Notes: generated from the letters alone by a model not told the origin. Positions 1 through 10,291 are shown, counted from the first letter of the stretch. The stretch is 64,000 bases of DNA from an uncultured Candidatus Saccharibacteria bacterium (GCA_964387675.1 CAYLWL010000001.1:74819-138818); one strand, 5' to 3'. Translations and numbers: made by a program.

Positions 1-93
1 TTTTCGAACCAGTTCAAAAATCTCCTCGTTGCTGATTTTGTTGGCGTCTAAAAATTTAAGGGCGCGCGACGTGAACGATACGTTCCAGTTCAT
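1..93 (-). CDS. RelE/ParE-like toxin, N-terminal part (runs off the window edge)
   Basis: ATG at 93 overlaps the stop of the upstream small ORF (ATGA). It reads MNWNVSFTSRALKFLDANKISNEEIFELVRK, a RelE-like N-terminus. Confidence 0.6.
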   Translation of the reverse strand, partial: MNWNVSFTSRALKFLDANKISNEEIFELVRK

Positions 94-284
94 GCCGCAA
101 TCTTGTATGTTCTGTGTGCCCCACGAGACGGTTTCCCATAGAGACGTTCTATTTCCCTTTGCTCTTTTAGTGAAACGTGTTGCGAAACAAGAGCTTGAAG
201 CTTCATAATCTCGGTTTTGAAAGCTTCTTTGACGCCCTCTTTGATAAGGGTTTTCAGTTGTCGCTCGCTTAACTTTGGAATCAT
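90..284 (-). CDS. small putative antitoxin
   Basis: 64-aa ORF coupled by an ATGA overlap to the RelE-like ORF. Confidence 0.6.
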   Translation of the reverse strand: MIPKLSERQLKTLIKEGVKEAFKTEIMKLQALVSQHVSLKEQREIERLYGKPSRGAHRTYKIAA

Positions 285-377
285 AGTACGTTAACTTTAA
301 GCTCGTATTGAGAATCTGTCAACCTCTCTGAAAATTTCGTGGACCACTATTTTGTTTTTTCTGTTAGAATTAAACTC

Positions 378-1913
378 ATGACAAAGAAAACCGTAATTCT
401 CGTGGTGCTCGACGGCTGGGGCATCGGACGCGAAGACGAATCGAACCCGATCCACGTCGCAAACCCCAAGAGCTTTTCGTGGCTCAAGGAAAACTTTCCG
501 ATGACGAGCTTGCGGGCCTCGGGCATCGCCATCGGACTCCCGTGGGGAGAAGTCGGCAACAGCGAGGTGGGGCACCTGACCCTTGGCGCCGGAAAAGTGC
601 TCTATCAGTACTATCCGAAAATCATGATGGCCATTCAGGACAAAACGTTTTTCGGCAACCCCGCGCTCAAGGGCGCATTCGAGCACGCCAAAAAGAATAA
701 TTCCGCGGTGAACCTTGTGGGGCTTTTGAGCAAAGGCAACGTGCATGCCTCGCTCGACCATGTGCGCGCGCTCCTCGAGATGGCTACACGCGAGGGGGTT
801 TCGAACGTGAAACTCCATCTCTTCGCGGACGGAAAAGACAGCCCCCCGAAGACCGTGCAAAGTTTTCTTAAAGAAATCCCCCAAGACAAACTCGCGACGC
901 TCGTCGGCCGCTATTACGCCATGGATCGCAACCAGAACTGGCGGCTCACGGAAACCTGCTACCAAAATATGACAGGGGGAAGCGGCACGGTTGTCGCCGA
1001 TCCGAATCCCTCCATCGAAGCGACTTTTAAGAAAGGACTCACGGAAGAATACCTGCCGCCGCTCCGTTTCGGCGAAGGGAAAACAATCGCGGAGAACGAC
1101 GCCGTCATCTTCTTCAATTTCCGGGAAGACAGCATGCGGCAGCTTGCGGAGGCCTTCGTCGTGAAGAGCTTCGACAAGTTCGCAGTTAAAAACTTTCAGA
1201 ATCTCCATATCGCAACCATGACCAACTACGAAGAAAAATTTACCGTGCCGGTCGCCTTCGCGGCGGATACGGTGGAGCGACCCCTCGGCCAACTATTGAG
1301 CGATGCGGGGAAAAATCAGATGCGGCTCGCGGAGACATACAAATACGCCCACATCACGTACTTCTTCAACGGCTATCGGGAACAGCCGTTCAAAAACGAA
1401 TACCGAGCCCTGATTCCTTCTCTCTCCACGCCGCGCCCGGAAGAACACCCCGAGATGATGGCCGGGCCGATCACCGACCGGCTCATCGACGCGATTCAGG
1501 AACTTGCTTTCGATTTCATTCTCGTAAACTATTCGAACGGCGACACGATGGCACACACCTCGAGCTACGACGCTGGCCTCAAGGCAGTCCAGATCATCGA
1601 CCGAGAAATGGAAAAGTTGCTCAAGGTTGCCGTAAGCGACAAGATCGCGCTTCTCGTCACCTCCGACCACGGCAACGTGGAAGAAATGATAAATCCCGCG
1701 ACGGCACTCCCCGAGAGCCAACACGACGCAAACCCGGTTCCATTTTATCTTGTCGCTCCGGAATTCAGAGGCCGAAAGTTCGCGAATTGGAAAAACCTGG
1801 CCAACGAGACCATGGGCTCCCTCGCCGACGTCGCCCCGACCGTTCTCGAACTCATGGGAATAAAAAAGCCGGAAGAAATGACCGGCAGAAGTTTGCTTGA
1901 GGGGCTGATGTAG
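378..1913 (+). CDS. gpmI: 2,3-bisphosphoglycerate-independent phosphoglycerate mutase
   Basis: Motifs LVVLDGWG, GNSEVGH, GRYYAMDR, ETYKYAHITYFFNG, SDHGN. ATG at 378 follows TGnTAGAAT. Confidence 0.97.
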   Translation: MTKKTVILVVLDGWGIGREDESNPIHVANPKSFSWLKENFPMTSLRASGIAIGLPWGEVGNSEVGHLTLGAGKVLYQYYPKIMMAIQDKTFFGNPALKGAFEHAKKNNSAVNLVGLLSKGNVHASLDHVRALLEMATREGVSNVKLHLFADGKDSPPKTVQSFLKEIPQDKLATLVGRYYAMDRNQNWRLTETCYQNMTGGSGTVVADPNPSIEATFKKGLTEEYLPPLRFGEGKTIAENDAVIFFNFREDSMRQLAEAFVVKSFDKFAVKNFQNLHIATMTNYEEKFTVPVAFAADTVERPLGQLLSDAGKNQMRLAETYKYAHITYFFNGYREQPFKNEYRALIPSLSTPRPEEHPEMMAGPITDRLIDAIQELAFDFILVNYSNGDTMAHTSSYDAGLKAVQIIDREMEKLLKVAVSDKIALLVTSDHGNVEEMINPATALPESQHDANPVPFYLVAPEFRGRKFANWKNLANETMGSLADVAPTVLELMGIKKPEEMTGRSLLEGLM

Positions 1914-1966
1914 GGAGTAACATGCGACAAGTGACAGGGGACATGGGCGGGTTATAATATAAATTG

Positions 1967-2317
1967 ATGAAGTTTTTGGCGAAAATCGTAGTCGCGATTC
2001 TTGCGAACGCAATCGCGCTCGTGGCGGCCGCTACCTATATTTCCGGATTCAACCTGGACGGCGATTTCAAAAAAATCGTCGGGATTGCGATTATACTCAC
2101 CGTTCTCAATTTTGTTCTGAAGCCGATTTTGAAGCTCGTCTTCGGTCCTGTTATCGTGCTTACGCTGGGCCTGGGAATCATACTGGTGAACGCATTGGTT
2201 CTTTATGTTCTTGACATTATCGCAAAAAACCTTACCATTGAAACAATTCCCGCCCTCTTCTACGCCACGATTTTAGTGGGCGTCGTGAACTTCGTGTTCC
2301 ATCTGGCAACAAAGTAG
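1967..2317 (+). CDS. 4-TMS phage-holin-like (YvlD-type) membrane protein
   Basis: Four hydrophobic helices with LNFVLKPILK and LTLGL...VNAL patterns. Confidence 0.85.
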   Translation: MKFLAKIVVAILANAIALVAAATYISGFNLDGDFKKIVGIAIILTVLNFVLKPILKLVFGPVIVLTLGLGIILVNALVLYVLDIIAKNLTIETIPALFYATILVGVVNFVFHLATK

Positions 2318-2410
2318 TAATCGCGAATAATGCTAATTGATTAAAAATAACGCGAATTATTAGATTATTAGCGTTATTTGCTGGCATTCGCGTTATTAGC
2401 GAACACTCCC

Positions 2411-2632
2411 ATGATAATCCCCATTCTCCAAATCATACTATCAATCGTCATCGTGGTTTTAATCTTGCTCCAAGAGCGATCCGCGGGGCTTTCCGGCATT
2501 ATGGGCGGCGAAGGCGGCGGTGGCGGTTTTTATCAGACAAGGCGAGGATTGGAAAAGGTGATTTTTCGGGCGACCGTGGTGTTGTGCGTGATTTTCGTGG
2601 GGCTTGCCGTCTTCCAGCTCGTGGCACGTTAG
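2411..2632 (+). CDS. secG: preprotein translocase subunit SecG
   Basis: Two TM segments; ILLQ..SAGLSG.MGG and RRGLEK motifs. Confidence 0.92.
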   Translation: MIIPILQIILSIVIVVLILLQERSAGLSGIMGGEGGGGGFYQTRRGLEKVIFRATVVLCVIFVGLAVFQLVAR

Positions 2633-2707
2633 AACCCATCTCAAAAGCATGCTTCAAGCCGAAGATACTTTCGAGATGGGTTCTAGTCTCCTCACCTCAC
2701 ATTCGAG

Positions 2708-4357
2708 ATGACAAAGATAAGAAAAATCTTTTTTGCGCTTACTGGGCGGGAGCGGGTGGTATTTTTATCCGCGGCGGCTTTGGCGATTGTGAGCGGCATA
2801 ATCCTTACCGGCTTGGGCTTCGCCCAAAACACGAGAGTCGTCCCGGCCTCGGGCGGAGAATACACGGAGGGCTTCCTCGAACAGCCGATCTATATAAACC
2901 CCGTCATCGCCTCTCTTGTTGTCGACAAAAGCATCGTGAAGCTTGTCTTTGAGAACATCCGCGGCATCGCCGAGAAAATAGAAACGTCGCCCGACGGCAG
3001 AATCTGGAATATCAGAATAAAAGAAAACTTGGAGTGGCACGACGGCGAAAGATTGACCACCGACGACGTCGTATTCACCATCCAAAAAATCCAGGACCCG
3101 GAAAGCTCGTCGCCGCTCGAAAAAATATGGCGCGGAGTGTCGGTGAAAAGGGTGAGTGGCCTTGAACTCCAATTGAGCTTGGTGAACGCGGACCCCTTCT
3201 TTCGGGAAACGCTCAACACTCTTTACGTCCTGCCGAAGCATCTCTTCTCGGAAATACCTCCGGCAAACTGGCGGCTTTCCGATTACAACCTGAAACCTGT
3301 CGGCGCCGGCCCCTACAAGTTTTCCTCTTACGAGAAGAAGCCCGACGGATTCATCGGCCTCTACCGGCTGGAGCAGTGGAACGACTACCCGGGAGAAAAA
3401 CCGCTGATCGGCAACTTCACCCTCAAGTTCTTCTCCGATCTTCAGGGTGTCATTGGAGATTTCAATTCCGGCCAGATCGACGGCATAGCCGGGCTTGAAC
3501 CCGATGCCGTGAGCCAAATAAAAAGACCTCACGAAACCTTCTCTTTTTATCTTCCGAGCTACTACGCGGTCTTTTTGAACCAAAGCAAGAGCATACCGCT
3601 CAAGGACTTGTCGGTGAGAAGGGCTCTTAGCGCGTCGGTTGGCAGGGCAGGCCTCGTCGAGAGCGCCCTCGGCGGACGAGGCAAACCGGCCCTTGGGCCG
3701 ATTCCCGCGGAGACGCCGTATTTTGACGAAAGCATATCCTCGTCAACGGAATCCATCGAATCGCTTGGAGACGCGCTCGACAGAGCCGGCTGGAAAATGA
3801 ACGACCAGGGGGTCCGGGAAAAAACGATAAAAAATACGAAGCTCCCGCTCGAACTGAATCTTACCGTCCCGCAGATAACATTCCTTACGAAAACCGCTGA
3901 AGTCCTTGCAAAAACATGGCAGCCGCTTGGTTTCAAAATCAACATCAACACGCCGGGGCTCGAAGAGATCGCAAAGAACACCATCACGAACCGGGACTAC
4001 GAAATGCTCGTCTTCGGCAATGTCCTCAATAAAAATCTCGACCTTTTTTCTTTCTGGCATTCTTCGGGCAGATTCAATCCCGGCCTGAATCTTGCGCTCT
4101 ACAACAATAAAAAGGCGGATGCCTTGATCGAGTCCATTCGGCTCGACTCAAACGAAGAAAGCCGCGCGAAGAAGCTCCGCGACCTCCAGACAATAATCAC
4201 GAGCGACTATCCGGCGGTATTCCTTTATTCGCCGGAATACACCTATATCACGACCAAAAACCTTCAGGGAGTTTCGGCGGGTCTCGTTGCCGACCCGTCC
4301 GACCGTTTTGTTGACGCGAAACAGTGGTATGTGAAAACGGCGCGAGTTCTAAAATAG
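2708..4357 (+). CDS. ABC transporter substrate-binding protein, family 5 (OppA/DppA-like)
   Basis: WHDGERLTTDDVVFT and PVGAGPYKF motifs; N-terminal membrane anchor. Confidence 0.92.
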   Translation: MTKIRKIFFALTGRERVVFLSAAALAIVSGIILTGLGFAQNTRVVPASGGEYTEGFLEQPIYINPVIASLVVDKSIVKLVFENIRGIAEKIETSPDGRIWNIRIKENLEWHDGERLTTDDVVFTIQKIQDPESSSPLEKIWRGVSVKRVSGLELQLSLVNADPFFRETLNTLYVLPKHLFSEIPPANWRLSDYNLKPVGAGPYKFSSYEKKPDGFIGLYRLEQWNDYPGEKPLIGNFTLKFFSDLQGVIGDFNSGQIDGIAGLEPDAVSQIKRPHETFSFYLPSYYAVFLNQSKSIPLKDLSVRRALSASVGRAGLVESALGGRGKPALGPIPAETPYFDESISSSTESIESLGDALDRAGWKMNDQGVREKTIKNTKLPLELNLTVPQITFLTKTAEVLAKTWQPLGFKININTPGLEEIAKNTITNRDYEMLVFGNVLNKNLDLFSFWHSSGRFNPGLNLALYNNKKADALIESIRLDSNEESRAKKLRDLQTIITSDYPAVFLYSPEYTYITTKNLQGVSAGLVADPSDRFVDAKQWYVKTARVLK

Positions 4358-4475
4358 TATCTAGAATTTAGAACCTAGTATCCAGGATTTAGCGGCCTGG
4401 TGCGCTTGCGGTTTTTTTAATATTGGTTTAACCTATATTCTAGATTCTAGTTACTAAATTCTAGATTCTGATCAA

Positions 4476-4745
4476 ATGCCTATCATCCAATCGGCCAAAA
4501 AGGCCCTGCGGCAAAACATAAAAAGGCGGGAAAGAAACCTGGCGAAGAAGGAGGTATATAAAAAAGCGGTGAAAACGTTTCGAAAACTCGTTACCGATAA
4601 GAAAACGGAAGAGGCCAAAAAACAGTTAGGGGTTGCGTACAAAGCGCTCGATAAAGCCGCGAAAACCGGCGTCATCAAGAAGAACAAGGCAAGCAGGTTG
4701 AAATCGAGATTATCGAGGATCCTGCGAAAGAGTCAGGTCCAGTAA
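4476..4745 (+). CDS. rpsT: 30S ribosomal protein S20
   Basis: SAKKALRQ...DKAAKTGVIKKNKASRLKSRL. Confidence 0.97.
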   Translation: MPIIQSAKKALRQNIKRRERNLAKKEVYKKAVKTFRKLVTDKKTEEAKKQLGVAYKALDKAAKTGVIKKNKASRLKSRLSRILRKSQVQ

Positions 4746-5555
4746 GGACTCCTCGTATTCCATTCTTCCCGATTTCACCATCGCGTCATACTCCGCCATC
4801 CGCGAAACTTTTTCGCGCTCGCGGCGAGCATCGCCGGACCGCCACTGCGACGCCAGAATATTGAAGACCTTCGCTCCCGGCTCGTTCTGCGCGAAGAGTT
4901 TCGCAAGCGACGAGAGCCGATACGCGACATTCGAACTTCGGAGACCGCTCATCACCGCCCAATAATCGGGCAGTACTTCAATGCTCATCGCTTCGAGATC
5001 GGACTTTGTAATTTTGCTCTTGCCAAAGTTGCTCAATTTTTCAAGCTCCGTGATCAATCCCCAAGTGTTATTTTGATAGACCAAAGCAAGAACACCGAGG
5101 GCCGACGTGTCGACTTCGACGCCAAGCCGCCCTGCTTCTTTCTCAATATACGCGTTCCACTCCGACCCCGTAAGATAATCAAAACTCTGCGAAACGACTG
5201 CCTGCGGTGAGCCGCGTCGAACCGGCCTCGACAATAAAAAGCCGGCCCTTTTTGTCGGTTTGTCTTTCTCTGAAAGAAGGATGGTTGTTTTTTTGTCGTT
5301 CATGGCCGCCTCGAGCTCTTTTGCCAATCCCGATTCGGAACCTCCCCCGAAGACCCCTTCTACGACCGCGAGTTTCATCGCTCCGAAAACCGACTGGGCG
5401 CGCATAAATTCTTTCAGATCGGCGAGCGCGTCTTTTTCTTGGAGGTCAAAAAAACCCACGCCGAGATTGGAGCGTTTTTTTTTGAACTCCGCAATGATCG
5501 ATTTCTTTTTTTGTTCCCGCCGATACTCATCGGGGCCGTAGAGAAAGATAATCAT
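4710..5555 (-). CDS. holA: DNA polymerase III delta subunit (divergent)
   Basis: N-terminal IFLYGPD, ELEKL motif, C-terminal KSG; lies next to rpsT. Confidence 0.8.
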   Translation of the reverse strand: MIIFLYGPDEYRREQKKKSIIAEFKKKRSNLGVGFFDLQEKDALADLKEFMRAQSVFGAMKLAVVEGVFGGGSESGLAKELEAAMNDKKTTILLSEKDKPTKRAGFLLSRPVRRGSPQAVVSQSFDYLTGSEWNAYIEKEAGRLGVEVDTSALGVLALVYQNNTWGLITELEKLSNFGKSKITKSDLEAMSIEVLPDYWAVMSGLRSSNVAYRLSSLAKLFAQNEPGAKVFNILASQWRSGDARREREKVSRMAEYDAMVKSGRMEYEESLLDLTLSQDPR

Positions 5556-5670
5556 GTTAAGGAGTATTCGCGAATAACTCGAATCTTTAAATTAATAATG
5601 CGAATCATTAGGGTTGTTTAAGTCCGTGTATTCGCGTTATTGGCGGTTCGTTCATTCGCGTTATTCGCGA

Positions 5671-6999
5671 CTACTCCATTGCCACTTCGTGTTTCGGCAC
5701 AAGATTTGGATCCGTGGGCAACGTAAAGTGAAACGCGCTTCCCCTGCCAAGCTCCGACTCCGCCCAAACTCGCCCGCCATGGGCCTGGATGATATTTTTC
5801 GCGATGTAGAGCCCAAGACCGGATCCTTCGGTCTGGGATTTCAAAACATTCTCGGCGCGAAAGAACTTTGTGAAGAGCTTCTCGATATCTTCTTTGGGGA
5901 TGCCAAGCCCCGTGTCGCTCACGGCGATCTCGACGTACGGCCCATCGCTTCGTTGTTCTACTTTCACAACAACCTCTCCGTTTTCAACGTTATAGCGTAC
6001 GGCATTTTCCAAAATATTAACGAGGGCGATAGAGAGCTTCTTCGGATCAATGAGGATTTTTGGCAGGGGAGATTTCGGCCGGTCGAAATACACTTTTATG
6101 CCGCTCTTTCTCGCAAGGGCGGCCACTTGCGCCAACGGCGCGCTCACAAAATCGATGATGTCGGCTTCCTCGAACGCGTATCCAAAACGTCCCTCCTCGA
6201 CCCTGGCGATATCAAGAAGGTCCTCGACGATTCTTTTGAGCTGACGGGCCGAAACAAGGGCGCTCTCCACGATGGTCTTATTCGTATCACCGAACGACTG
6301 GTCTCCCGCCAAAGATTCGATCGCCCAGTTGAGTTCCGTGATCGGAGTGCGAAGCTGGTGTGACGCAATCGTAAGAAACTCTGTTTTTGACTTCATTAAC
6401 GACTCCTCCCGTGTTCTGTTTTTGATGATTTTCATAAAACCGATCTGGGCGCCAGAACTATCGGCAACGATGGAGGTGGAGACCCTGAGTTCCAAAATCG
6501 GGTCCGAGAAAGACAAGTCAACCACTTGGGGATATTGTCCGGGCGTGGAACGATTAATGACCGACGGGGCAAGAGACGGAAAAATCACTTGAGCCAGCAA
6601 TTTGAACGAAGGATCTTCCACGCCTTTGGGCTCCAGACGGCGGCCGGAAACGCTTCCCCTCTCCAGGTGAAAGAGTTTTTCCGCCGCCGGATTAAAAAGA
6701 AGAATCTGGAAGTTGTTATCGTAGACCACGAGCGCGTCCTCCAGGTTCAAAAAAACGCTTTTGAGTTCGTTTTTCTCTATTTTCGTTCCCCGTTCGATCT
6801 TTGCCGCCCGGTAAGCGCCAAAAAAAACCAAAATTCCAAGAACCACAATCAAGCCCGCCTGAACGAAAAACACCCCTCTTGGTGAAGAAATATACGAACT
6901 CGCAAGCAGAGCGACGAGGAAGGCGGCAACAAGCCAAGCGATCCTCAATTCCGGCCACAATATTATTTCTCGTATTTTTCCCACATCCATACTTTTCAT
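5671..6999 (-). CDS. membrane sensor histidine kinase with PAS domain
   Basis: Two TMs, PAS-like FNPAAE, H-box ASHQLRTP, N-box NAVRY, G boxes DTGLGI and GSGLGL. Start is 6999 or 6990. Confidence 0.95.
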   Translation of the reverse strand: MKSMDVGKIREIILWPELRIAWLVAAFLVALLASSYISSPRGVFFVQAGLIVVLGILVFFGAYRAAKIERGTKIEKNELKSVFLNLEDALVVYDNNFQILLFNPAAEKLFHLERGSVSGRRLEPKGVEDPSFKLLAQVIFPSLAPSVINRSTPGQYPQVVDLSFSDPILELRVSTSIVADSSGAQIGFMKIIKNRTREESLMKSKTEFLTIASHQLRTPITELNWAIESLAGDQSFGDTNKTIVESALVSARQLKRIVEDLLDIARVEEGRFGYAFEEADIIDFVSAPLAQVAALARKSGIKVYFDRPKSPLPKILIDPKKLSIALVNILENAVRYNVENGEVVVKVEQRSDGPYVEIAVSDTGLGIPKEDIEKLFTKFFRAENVLKSQTEGSGLGLYIAKNIIQAHGGRVWAESELGRGSAFHFTLPTDPNLVPKHEVAME

Positions 7000-7012
7000 C
7001 GTATCATGAATT

Positions 7013-7942
7013 CTATAAAATCCTCTGATCTCTTTTTCTGGGCTTTTGCGCGACACGGGCGCTACCCTCAGTCCCTTCTTGCGCCGCCTCGGCTCTCGCG
7101 GCAAGGGTCTTAAATCCCAATTTTTCAAAATAGTTCTTTATTTCGGGAAAATTGTCTTTGGCCTCCAATTCTTCAAGATCGCGGATGGCGACGGGAACGT
7201 CCCTTTTTAAGGTGACCAGGTCTTTCGAGCGAAGCGCTTCTTTTTGAAAGGGTCCTAGTTTCAATTCGATTCTCGGATATTCTTTTAGTTTTTCATACGC
7301 CTCCTCGACGCTCCCGAACTTCTTGAGTATCTCTGCGGCTGTTTTCGGTCCGATGCCGGGAACTCCCTTGATATTGTCGGACGGGTCGCCGACGAGCGCT
7401 TTGTAGTCGATGATCTGGCTGGGGTTTAGGCCATAACGCTCCCGAACCGCGTTGTCGTCGTATGTAACGGTGTCCGTGATCCCCTTTTTGAACGCACGGA
7501 CGACGACGCGCTCTCCGTCCACGAGCTGGAGCGTGTCCATGTCTCCGGTCAAAATGACCACCCTGATATCGTCATCGCGCTTGAACTTCTCCGCGAGCGT
7601 GGCGATCAGATCATCCGCTTCAAATCCCGGCTTTTCGAATGTCTTGATGCCGAACGCCTCAAAGAGGCGATGCGCTTCGATGATCTGAGAAATAAGCTCG
7701 CTCGGAGCGGGCGGACGCTGGGCTTTATATTCTTCGAACTTTTCTTTTCTAAATGTCGGCTCCGGCCTATCGAAAAGCGCCGCCGCGTAGTCCGGTTTTT
7801 CTTCACGCCGCAACTTTAGCAGGATGCTCGCCAGGCCATAGATCGCCTGTACCGGTTTTCCGTCGGGACTCGTGAGCGGCGGCAGAGCATGGAACGATCG
7901 GTGGATTATAGAATTGGCATCGACGAGGAACAACGTTTTCAT
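7013..7942 (-). CDS. stand-alone 5'-3' exonuclease (PolA N-terminal / flap endonuclease domain)
   Basis: LVDANSIIHRSFHA, EADDLIATL, GDPSDNIKGVPGIGPKTA; no polymerase domain. Confidence 0.93.
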   Translation of the reverse strand: MKTLFLVDANSIIHRSFHALPPLTSPDGKPVQAIYGLASILLKLRREEKPDYAAALFDRPEPTFRKEKFEEYKAQRPPAPSELISQIIEAHRLFEAFGIKTFEKPGFEADDLIATLAEKFKRDDDIRVVILTGDMDTLQLVDGERVVVRAFKKGITDTVTYDDNAVRERYGLNPSQIIDYKALVGDPSDNIKGVPGIGPKTAAEILKKFGSVEEAYEKLKEYPRIELKLGPFQKEALRSKDLVTLKRDVPVAIRDLEELEAKDNFPEIKNYFEKLGFKTLAARAEAAQEGTEGSARVAQKPRKRDQRIL

Positions 7943-8046
7943 TTATGAGATTCCTTATAATTAATTTTACAACGCTTTCCGTCTGCGGTATAAATCTCAA
8001 TCGACGAGTGGGTGAATGAGGTTGCAAAGTAGGAAAAATGGCTGCC

Positions 8047-8499
8047 TCAAGCGAGGCGGCACTTTATTTTCCGCTCGTTTTCTTTTTTGCCGTGGCTGAA
8101 TTTGACCCAGATCGTATCTTTCGGCAGCAACTTTTTGACTTTTTCCGCCCATTCTATAAGGATTATGTTTCGCGGGTCGGAAACGGTTTTTTTGAAATCA
8201 AATATCTCCAGATCGCGGTGATGCTTGAGACGGTAGCTATCGATGTGGTACGCATACTTAAGGCCCTTGTGGCCGACGGGGTGTCGTTTTATGAGAACGA
8301 ATGTCGGACTCGTAACCTTGCTCCGCGCGCCAAGCGCCTTCAAAAAACCCTGAACAAACGTGGTTTTTCCGGCACCGAGGTCTCCCACGAAGCCGATAAC
8401 CACGGCGTGCGGGCGAGGCCGTAGCTTTACAACTTTTTGAGCGAACTTCGCGGCCAGCTTTTTAGTTTCTTCCGAAGAAGAGGTTGTGTAATTCTTCAT
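8047..8499 (-). CDS. tsaE: tRNA t6A biosynthesis ATPase TsaE
   Basis: GDLGAGKTTF, VTSPTF, HIDSYR, LIEWAE. Confidence 0.96.
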   Translation of the reverse strand: MKNYTTSSSEETKKLAAKFAQKVVKLRPRPHAVVIGFVGDLGAGKTTFVQGFLKALGARSKVTSPTFVLIKRHPVGHKGLKYAYHIDSYRLKHHRDLEIFDFKKTVSDPRNIILIEWAEKVKKLLPKDTIWVKFSHGKKENERKIKCRLA

Positions 8500-9049
8500 T
8501 TCTTTTTATGAGAAACAGCGCGATAGCGGCGAGTACGATGCCAGTTCCGAGCGCGAGAAAAACTATCCCATGGAACCCCGGCGGTTGATTCAACGGCTCG
8601 CCCGTCGGATGCGCATTTTTCACCATACCCGTGTCGAGCGATATTTTATTCTGCGCGCCCGGGGTGGGGTCGGACCACGCGAAACCCTGCCCGTTCGTCA
8701 ATCGAGAGAAACTTCTCCCTTCCGGCGCGGACCCGAGAAACGATGATTGATCGATCAACGTTCCGCCGGCATCGTACAACGATACGCTCTCGTCGCTGTT
8801 TTTCAAAACGAACTTCGTTTTTGTTCTTTGTAAAACAAGATATTCTCCCGGACCGATCTGCCCGCTTAAAATCACCTTACTATCACCACCCGTCTTCACT
8901 TGCCAACCAGAAACATCAACTCCGCTTGTTTCGCTGTTCCACAATTCAATCCATTCACCCGCCGAAGTTTTGCCGGGCAAAATTTTGGCGGGCGAGCCCG
9001 CCGCGTCCGCGCCCGTGGGGTTCGGCAACCATTCGTTGATAACGACCAT
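8462..9049 (-). CDS. lamin-tail-domain (LTD) protein with C-terminal TM helix
   Basis: VINEWLPNP...EWIELWN and PTPGAQN motifs. Confidence 0.85.
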   Translation of the reverse strand: MVVINEWLPNPTGADAAGSPAKILPGKTSAGEWIELWNSETSGVDVSGWQVKTGGDSKVILSGQIGPGEYLVLQRTKTKFVLKNSDESVSLYDAGGTLIDQSSFLGSAPEGRSFSRLTNGQGFAWSDPTPGAQNKISLDTGMVKNAHPTGEPLNQPPGFHGIVFLALGTGIVLAAIALFLIKRNEELHNLFFGRN

Positions 9050-9050
9050 C

Positions 9051-10043
9051 TTAAATCAGTTCTCCTTTGCTCTTGATCCCCAAATGTTCGTAGGCGGCCG
9101 GGAGCGCGATCCTGCCGGACGGAGATCTCTGGAGAAATCCCAAGGTCATAAGATACGGCTCGTAAATATCCTCAATCACCCCCCTGTCTTCGGAAAGCGC
9201 CGCGGAGATGGTGTTGATTCCGACCGGCCCCCCGTTGAACTTTTGTATGATGACTTCGAGCAATTTCCTGTCCTGCGGCTCAAGGCCGAGAGAGTCGATT
9301 TCCAGCATCTCCAGGGTCTTTTTGGCAACCTGCTCGTCAATACTCTTTTTCCCTTGCACCTCGGCATAGTCGCGAGCGCGCTTCATAAGCCGGTTCGCGA
9401 CCCGCGGCGTTCCCCGGGATGCCTTCGCAAGAACGGCCACCGAAGACGGATCAACGTTCATATTTAAAATGTTCGCCGACCGGCCGATGATTTTTTTGAT
9501 ATCTTCGAGGTCGTAGTACCCGAGCCGGAACGTGGCGCCGAATCTTGACCGCAGGGGCTGAGACAGCAAATTTTCCCTCGTCGTCGCGGCGATAAGCGTA
9601 AAAGCCGGCAAATCCAAGCTGATGGTTCTCGCGCTCGGACCTTTGCCGACGACGAGATGAAGTTTTCTCGACTCCATCGCGGGGTAAAGAACTTCTTCGA
9701 TCAAAGGATTTATTCTGTGGGCCTCGTCAATAAAGAGCACCTCTCCGGGATCGAGGTTCGTGAGAATAGCAGCCAAATCGCCGGTCTTCTCGAGAGCCGG
9801 GCCAGAGGTGGTCTTCACGCGCGAGCCCAATTCTTTCGAGACGATATAGGCAAGCGTGGTTTTCCCCAAGCCGGCAGGACCGGAAAAAAGCATATGATCC
9901 GCCGACTCTTTTCTTTTTTTCGCCGCATCAATCAAGACCCGAAGGTTGTTCTTGACCTTCGCTTGACCGACGTATTCATCCCATCGGATCGGCCGCAATG
10001 TTTGATCGATGCTTAGGTCCTCTTTGGCAATTGTTTGTTTCAT
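9051..10043 (-). CDS. ruvB: Holliday junction branch migration helicase RuvB
   Basis: LRP..WDEYVGQ, GPAGLGKTT, SRGTPRVANRL, IYEPYL. Confidence 0.98.
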   Translation of the reverse strand: MKQTIAKEDLSIDQTLRPIRWDEYVGQAKVKNNLRVLIDAAKKRKESADHMLFSGPAGLGKTTLAYIVSKELGSRVKTTSGPALEKTGDLAAILTNLDPGEVLFIDEAHRINPLIEEVLYPAMESRKLHLVVGKGPSARTISLDLPAFTLIAATTRENLLSQPLRSRFGATFRLGYYDLEDIKKIIGRSANILNMNVDPSSVAVLAKASRGTPRVANRLMKRARDYAEVQGKKSIDEQVAKKTLEMLEIDSLGLEPQDRKLLEVIIQKFNGGPVGINTISAALSEDRGVIEDIYEPYLMTLGFLQRSPSGRIALPAAYEHLGIKSKGELI

Positions 10044-10080
10044 GTGTTTTACGGCTCTTTGGTTTTGATCATAGCAGGTA

Positions 10081-10109
10081 TTGACAGAATATTGCTTTTA
10101 TGCTAGCAT
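10081..10109 (+). promoter_or_regulatory. sigma70-type promoter with no downstream CDS
   Basis: TTGACA-17bp-TAGCAT with an extended -10 TG. Confidence 0.65.
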
Positions 10110-10115
10110 TACGTC

Positions 10116-10291
10116 AGTACTGTTATTCTCAATAGTTGCCTCAAACCTGGGGGCGGGAATTATTTTTAGCACCTAAGGATGGTCAAGTTCCGGCTCGTCC
10201 ACTCCTCAAAGTGATTCTAACCTCTTTTAAATTTTATTTAAAAGGGAACTTTGATCCTTCACGGGATTTGCCCCCAGATTTGAGACAGCTA
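10116..10291 (+). ncRNA. candidate structured ncRNA (6S-like long hairpin)
   Basis: TAGTTGCCTCAAACCTGGGGGC pairs with GCCCCCAGATTTGAGACAGCTA; AAGGAT..CAAGTTCC pairs with GGAACTTTGATCCTT; promoter lies upstream. Confidence 0.5.

Noticed and set aside
297-1292. 331-aa reverse ORF and similar long antisense ORFs (e.g. 2765-3583, 43948-44625, 48423-49148)
   Set aside because: Shadow frames of well-supported genes on the opposite strand.
1967-2317. Prophage suggested by the holin-like gene
   Set aside because: This is a common chromosomal membrane family and no phage genes are nearby.
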